Shown piece by piece: positions 58,445-64,000 of a DNA stretch of 64,000 nt (within the stretch, counting starts at the first letter, position 1; every line of letters begins with the position of its first letter). The DNA is from Atractiella rhizophila (taxonomy: Eukaryota), in assembly GCA_021432655.1 (NCBI GenBank), contig MU271398.1, positions 3,880 to 67,879 on the forward strand. The letters run 5' to 3'. The notes under the pieces were generated by a model. That model saw only the letters and a list, made by a program, of their open reading frames with translations, ran no database searches and had not been told where the DNA came from. The position numbers were made by a program, and so were the translations under genes.

Positions 58445-60857
58445 ATGTCCGCCGTCCCACTCACGTCCCGGCTCCTCGTCTCCCTCCATGGCGCCCGCAT
58501 ACTCGACGACCCCCATCTCACCACCTCAGCCGGCGGACAGGAAGGCATAGAGGAGCGTGGCGGAAGTGCTGGTGGAGGGGAGAAGGGAGAGCCGAGCGAG
58601 ATCTACTTGCCTGCTTTCAGGGAGTGGATATCCCATGTCGCCGTCGATGTAAGTCTCTGCTCTCACAGTTCCAATACCAGCAGGGATGGTTGCGCTCTCT
58701 TTTCGTTCTTCTTCTACTCCTAGTTGAATAGTCAGTACCTTGGATACTTGAATCGGTCGAGTGTGGCTACCTTTCTCCTGCTCCTTTAGTAGTCGACTTT
58801 TGTGTGAACGATCAAGCGCCTTGGACAGAAATAAGCATCCTGCGGCGAAGTGCGTTAGCTGTGCCATAAAGCAGAGCAGTCCTCTGGCACCAACAGCTCG
58901 TGATCCTCGCTACGGCTTTCTTCCTGATCTCGAACGATGATCAGAGCGCAGCGGGAGGAAAGCGCCGATTTTCTATATGAAGGCAGAGTGTCGGGAACTA
59001 CTTTTTGCCTTGTTCAACATCGTCATTGTGTTGGTATATTGAGCTTGTCCCTTCATTCCGTTCTCAGACTTAATCCGCTCAACTGAAACGGATCATCCTG
59101 TAGACCTATTTCTTGGAGGACAGGATGAAGATTCGTCCTTTTCCTTCATTTCGCCATGTTGGAAAGGTATAGTGCTGACCACGCCACTAGATTGGTGGCA
59201 GTTTAGCGAAAGTGGTATACTTTACGCGGACCCCGAACCCATCTTCCTCCTCCTCTCCAAACGACTCCTCAATCCCACCTCTCTACTCAGCCTTTCCCCA
59301 GCAATCTGCCTCCGATAACAAAGACGAGGAGGACGATTCATCCTCTGATGTCTCAGCCCAAGACCTCACATCTGCAGATTTCGACCCCACTTCCCACTCT
59401 CGAGACTCCTCCTCATCCCGGCAGCGTCGGCGCAGCGCACGTCCTCCGCCGTCACCACGTATCAATGGCGTTCTAGGGCCTGAAAGCGTCAAGTCTACGC
59501 CGTCAACGAGCAGGAGCAACAGCGTGTCGTATGCGGGCCTCAGTCCAGTCGAGGCAAAGGAGGCGCGGGAGGAGATGTTCGGACCTCCAGCGGCTCAGGC
59601 ACGGACCACTGCTGCAGGACGGAGAGGATCTCTTTCAATGTCTTCGATCCCAGGTGGGAGGTTGAACTTTGTCAAGTTCGAAACGACAGACCTTTCCTCC
59701 CTCACGAATTTCATCAGTACCCTCCTCTCCCTTTCCGCTGCTTGTCATCATGTTCCTCTCTCGACGTTTAAGAAGAGCGTGAAGATATTAGCTACTGGAG
59801 GAGGGGCTCATATGTATGGTGATCTCTTGAAAGAGGAGTTGGGTCTGGAAGTGGGAAGGTATGCGGAGATGGAATGTCTCATCGAAGGATTGGCGTTCGT
59901 GATGCAGGTCGAAGGCGAGGTGTTCTGGTATTCCGACGAGCTTGTGCGGGATCTAACGCATAACCCTGCATACCCTTCCTCCTCAAAATCCCCACCAATC
60001 TCTCCGACAGCAGCAAGCTCGTCGAGATCACAGCAGCCTTTACCGATGGAACGACCCTCTCCTGATCCTCCGAGATATTCTATCCTCTTTGATCCGGATC
60101 CTAAACCTCAGTTCCCGTGTCTTCTCGTCAATATTGGCAGTGGTGTTTCGATATTGAGAGTCGATGATTATGACAAATTTGAACGTGTTTCTGGAACGAG
60201 TTTGGGGGGCGGAACACTCTGGGGATTGCTGAGCCTTTTGACTGGCGCCGGCAGTTTTGATGGTCAGTTGTCCCTCTCAAATAATGAAGAGGAAGTTCCT
60301 TATGATTACACAGAAATGTTGGCGCTTTCGGAGAGGGGAGATAACTCGACAGTGGACATGCTCGTCGGAGACATCTACGGCTCTAACCAAGATTTAGCCA
60401 AGATGGGTCTGAAGTCTTCCACGATCGCCTCCTCTTTCGGAAAGGTGTTCAAGAAAGGGCAAAGGAAGAGAGAATGGAAACCGGAGGACATCTCAAAGAG
60501 TCTCCTTTATGCCATCTCGAACAATATCGGCCAGATTGCGTATGCCTCAGCATCTTCGCTTGTCACCAACGAGCTGATGATTGAATCCTCGAATAGGTAT
60601 ATGAATGCGGAGGCACAGAATGTGGACAAAATCTTTTTCAGCGGCTGCTTCATTCGAGGTTAGTGCTTCTCTCACACGTCCCGAGTCGATTTGCTAAAGG
60701 TCTTGGGACAGGACACGCCGCAACAATGGCCACACTCTCCTATGCCATCCGATTCTGGTCAAAAGGGACGAAGCGCGCTTTATTCCTGAGACATGAGGGA
60801 TATTTAGGAGCTTTGGGGGCGTGGATGAAGAATATGGAGAAGGAGCTAACGACGTAA
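58445..60857 (+). CDS. CAB1: Type II pantothenate kinase (fumble family)
   Basis: [66 protein letters not shown] and [13 protein letters not shown]. Confidence 0.96.
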
Positions 60858-61335
60858 CTTTTGCCGCTGTCAAGCCGCGAAGGATGGTCCCTTCCTAACA
60901 CTATGCGTATACCCCAGCCAAAAGAAGGGGAGGGACCTCATCATAGCTAATCTTGATTTATGTGGAAGTGAACGAGATGTTAGATCGCATTGTACTTGTT
61001 AGAATGTAGAGTATTTTGCTATCGTTTATACATCTTGTAAGGAAAAGGTATTAGAAAGCCTTCACCACCTACTGTTTAGCCAGTACCGAGAAAGTTGACA
61101 ACATTGCACAAGTCTTTGAAAACAGATGGTATGGAGAGTCAATGAATCCTTCCGACCCATTCCTGCACTTCTGCGTGCTGCGCTACCCGTCTCATGGGGT
61201 ATGCTATCTGAAGAAAGATGAACAAGCTTCCAACTCAAAAACGAGCAACTGACGGAGGTGTACCATCGCGTCATGGCGCGAGGCAATTTTATATGTCAGA
61301 CATCTTGATGTTGCTTCTTGTCGTCATGGGAGAGA

Positions 61336-61703
61336 TTAAAGCACCCTCAGCATGGGTCTGTCGTCTGCATTGCGCGGTGATCAATAATAGCTTAGCAGGA
61401 TCATCTTAGAAGAAGCATACAAAAGTTTCCAACTGGAAGTTGGCCAGGACGAGGAGGATTGAGTTTTGGCCGGACAACCTTTGGCTTCTCCTCGTTCTTT
61501 GACTTTTTGCCCTTCCCAAACAACCTCCATTTCTTCTCTTTCACTTCGGTTTCCTTCTCCAGCTTCGCTGCGGATGAGTTTAACGCTTCTTCGAAGGTGG
61601 GAGGTGCATCTTTGTAATCGATGGACTGGCCGCGATTCTCCTCAAAAGAGGACATAGCGGAAGGGGCAGAGGTGAGATTGACGCTGTGAACCGTTGCAGA
61701 CAT
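61336..61703 (-). CDS. Small hypothetical protein with PPTFEEA (PY-like) motif and basic C-terminus
   Basis: 100-aa ORF with a plausible GTATGC...CAG intron ending ...NFYDRPMLRVL*. Confidence 0.55.
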
Positions 61704-62456
61704 TTTAGCGCGTTATTGAGGTTTGAGATCGATTTCTCGCTTTGCTGAGCTCTGTTTCTTGCTTTGCTAGATGAGAGAAGGAAAAGAAATGGGCCACCTT
61801 TAAAGAGAAAAACACGGTCAGGGAAGAGTGTTGTGAAGAGTCACAGTTTTGACTGCGCGCAGTATCATGTTGTGGGTGTTCACAAACTGCATTGATGTGT
61901 CCAATCCGTCAACGCATACCTTTTCCTGTTCTGCAACGTCAAATTCCGGGCTTCCATCATCTCCTTGAACAGCTGAAACATGGTCTGGATGCTGCGATTC
62001 CGTTGTCAAACGGCGCTGCCCATGCCAAAGTTTCCAGAACCTTTGAGAATATATACGATTTTCTCTGTCACAATCTCTACGTCCGTTCTCTTCTGTTCTT
62101 CTTTGAACCAATCATTGGAAACGGCGGGAAGGATACTCTCCGAGTCAGCATGGACGGAGTGGACGAGTGGTCTGTCAGATCATCGATCAGCGCCAGCTTT
62201 GAGACGTTAACAACACTGCAAAATGCTCAAACACATGAAATTCTGCCTTCCTCTATGCCTAAATTAGTTCGCAGATATCATGAGATGGTCAAATGATTGT
62301 TGAGCGACAGTTCGACGACAGTCAGCGAGTGAGACTTCAGTGCATGAGCTTGAACGTTTGAAAGCGAGGAGGTTCAAGTTGTTAACTGACACTGACTCAA
62401 GCTCAGGATCCAACGTCTCATGGACAGGACGCCATCATCCCTCCTAGGATAATAAT

Positions 62457-62981
62457 ACTATATGTTATTAGGATCCTTAACACGCTTGATCGAAATTTGA
62501 TGGGATCCTTAACACGGCGCAATTGTGAACCCACAATACGTGGGAATATTCTTTAAACGCCCGGAATACCTCCCAACACCTCTTATTTACTATAGTATGC
62601 GATTTGAGGCCAATATCATGTCTGTTGACTGAAGTATACAAACATGAATATTGGGTGTGCGCTTCCCAGAAACGTGACTCATAAATATTAAAATCGCCTT
62701 TTTGCAGTGAGCATGAGTAGAACTGATTTCGAGAATTAATTTTCTCACTATGCTGCTTAAATTTACGTCAAAAACATCCAGTGCTCATTCATACTTTCTA
62801 CGGGAAACAGAGTTGAAAAAAACAATGATTTTTTGCTAATCACTCAAAGAGATTCCAACCAATTTTATCGCGGTTTAGAGACAAAAATATGCGCGCTTAT
62901 AAGTATTGTATTAGATTTGATGGACTTTATTATACGGTGTTAAGGATCCCGATGTGTTAGGGTTCCTGATAACACATGGTG
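62457..62981. mobile_element. MITE-like non-autonomous DNA transposon with bipartite TIRs
   Basis: Left atatgttattaggatccttaacac...gggatccttaacac is inverted to right gtgttaaggatccc...gtgttagggttcctgataacacat; AT-rich interior with no ORF. Confidence 0.72.
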
Positions 62982-64000
62982 GTGCAGTCAACGCTCTGTA
63001 CGCGTCTGAGTCCCGTTTTCTCGACAAACCGACAGCCAACATAGGATCTCATTCCCGGACCCGTGCATTCCAAAGCGGGTGATCCAGGTCATCCATGAGG
63101 TGATATTAAGTGATAAATCAAAAGAGAGCTACGAAGTCATGGTGGGAAGAATATATCATGTTTGCGTCTAGAGTCTGAACGATCTGAAAATCGAGTTGAA
63201 TGAGAAAGTCTCACGAGAAATGATGTTTAGATAGGCATTTGGACAGAGGGCAAAGGCGGGCAAGAGGCGTTGAGCGATTGAGCGATAGTTTGTAAGTGTG
63301 CGCCTTGAAGAATGTAGGCTTGGACGGAAAGTTCCGCTGGATGGAAGGAACTCGGATATGGCCAGATTTCTGACTTCATCAGAGCCCATGGTTGGTCAGC
63401 TCTCTCAAGGAGGCCTTTTCCGCCTGCATGAACACCACTATTCATGCTAGAACTAGGGAATGAGAGTAGGCTGGTTTTCGCTTGTCGAAATGGATGGTCT
63501 AGCGGAAAAGATTAACTTGTTAGATCCTTTGCGGAAGAAGGAGACGTAGTAAGAGTATTGTACTATACAGATCATGACATCGGGTCCCGACCAAGTAACC
63601 CTGTTGTGTACCGCCTGTTGCTTTGGTACCAGCAAGGGTGTTCCTGTTTTCAATTCGGGAAGTATGGAAGACGTCGTTTTACATTGATTTTCTGCACAGA
63701 ACGCGAGTATTAGATATTGTATCGTGTAGTAGTTCAAAGGCCGAAGGCTCTAACAAAACAAACACGGATTGGCCTCTTTCCCGCGCCCTAACCCTACATT
63801 GCCAAGCGCCGACTCTTCAATAATTGCAGAAATGTAAGCCAACAGCCGATCCCTCACAATGGCGCGAGAATGGTGCAATATAAGGCAGCTTTCTTTGCTC
63901 CCTGAAGACCGTCTCCCGGCGTCGAATGAATGAGCCTGCGCATGAGCAAGGTGGTGGCTTAGGAAGCGCCTTATCAAAAGCAGAAGCAACGTCGTATTAT

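Noticed and set aside
58920..58965. TPP-riboswitch-like CCTGATC in the CAB1 intron
   Set aside because: The upstream CTGAGA pyrimidine-sensing motif and P4/P5 layout are absent.
61892..62296. 134-aa ORF next to the MITE as its transposase
   Set aside because: No DDE or HTH motif, and it lies outside the TIRs.

Overview
Gene-dense, intron-rich eukaryotic DNA from a fungus, most likely a basidiomycete (inferred from short ~45-100 nt introns, micro-exons, Zn2Cys6, SVF1, DUF6534-like and fungal ELMO genes). About 20 spliced genes were reconstructed by eye: dynein light chain (3' part), PRP2/DHX16, a 2-TM protein, a RING protein, COX4, a Zn2Cys6 transcription factor, a secreted BBE-like FAD oxidase, a DUF6534-like membrane protein, RMND1/DUF155, PRP28, an FMO-like monooxygenase, SVF1, IPI3, a CDF transporter, ELMO, an F-box protein, a 6PGDH/DUF1932-like reductase, a PB1/multi-ZZ protein and pantothenate kinase. 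Main highlights: (1) two unannotated paralogues ~12 kb apart share a motif that is visible only after splicing, YCSxH[RK]AxHP[VI]ExFG...TCxxSR, plus a basic tract and C-terminal zipper (candidate new transcription-factor family); (2) a Zn2Cys6 finger needs a 3-nt micro-exon with a GC donor; (3) three head-to-head gene pairs in which every gene has an unusually long first intron; (4) an in-frame 327-bp tandem duplication with only synonymous differences; (5) a MITE-like element with bipartite terminal inverted repeats. All exon structures are manual predictions without transcript data.
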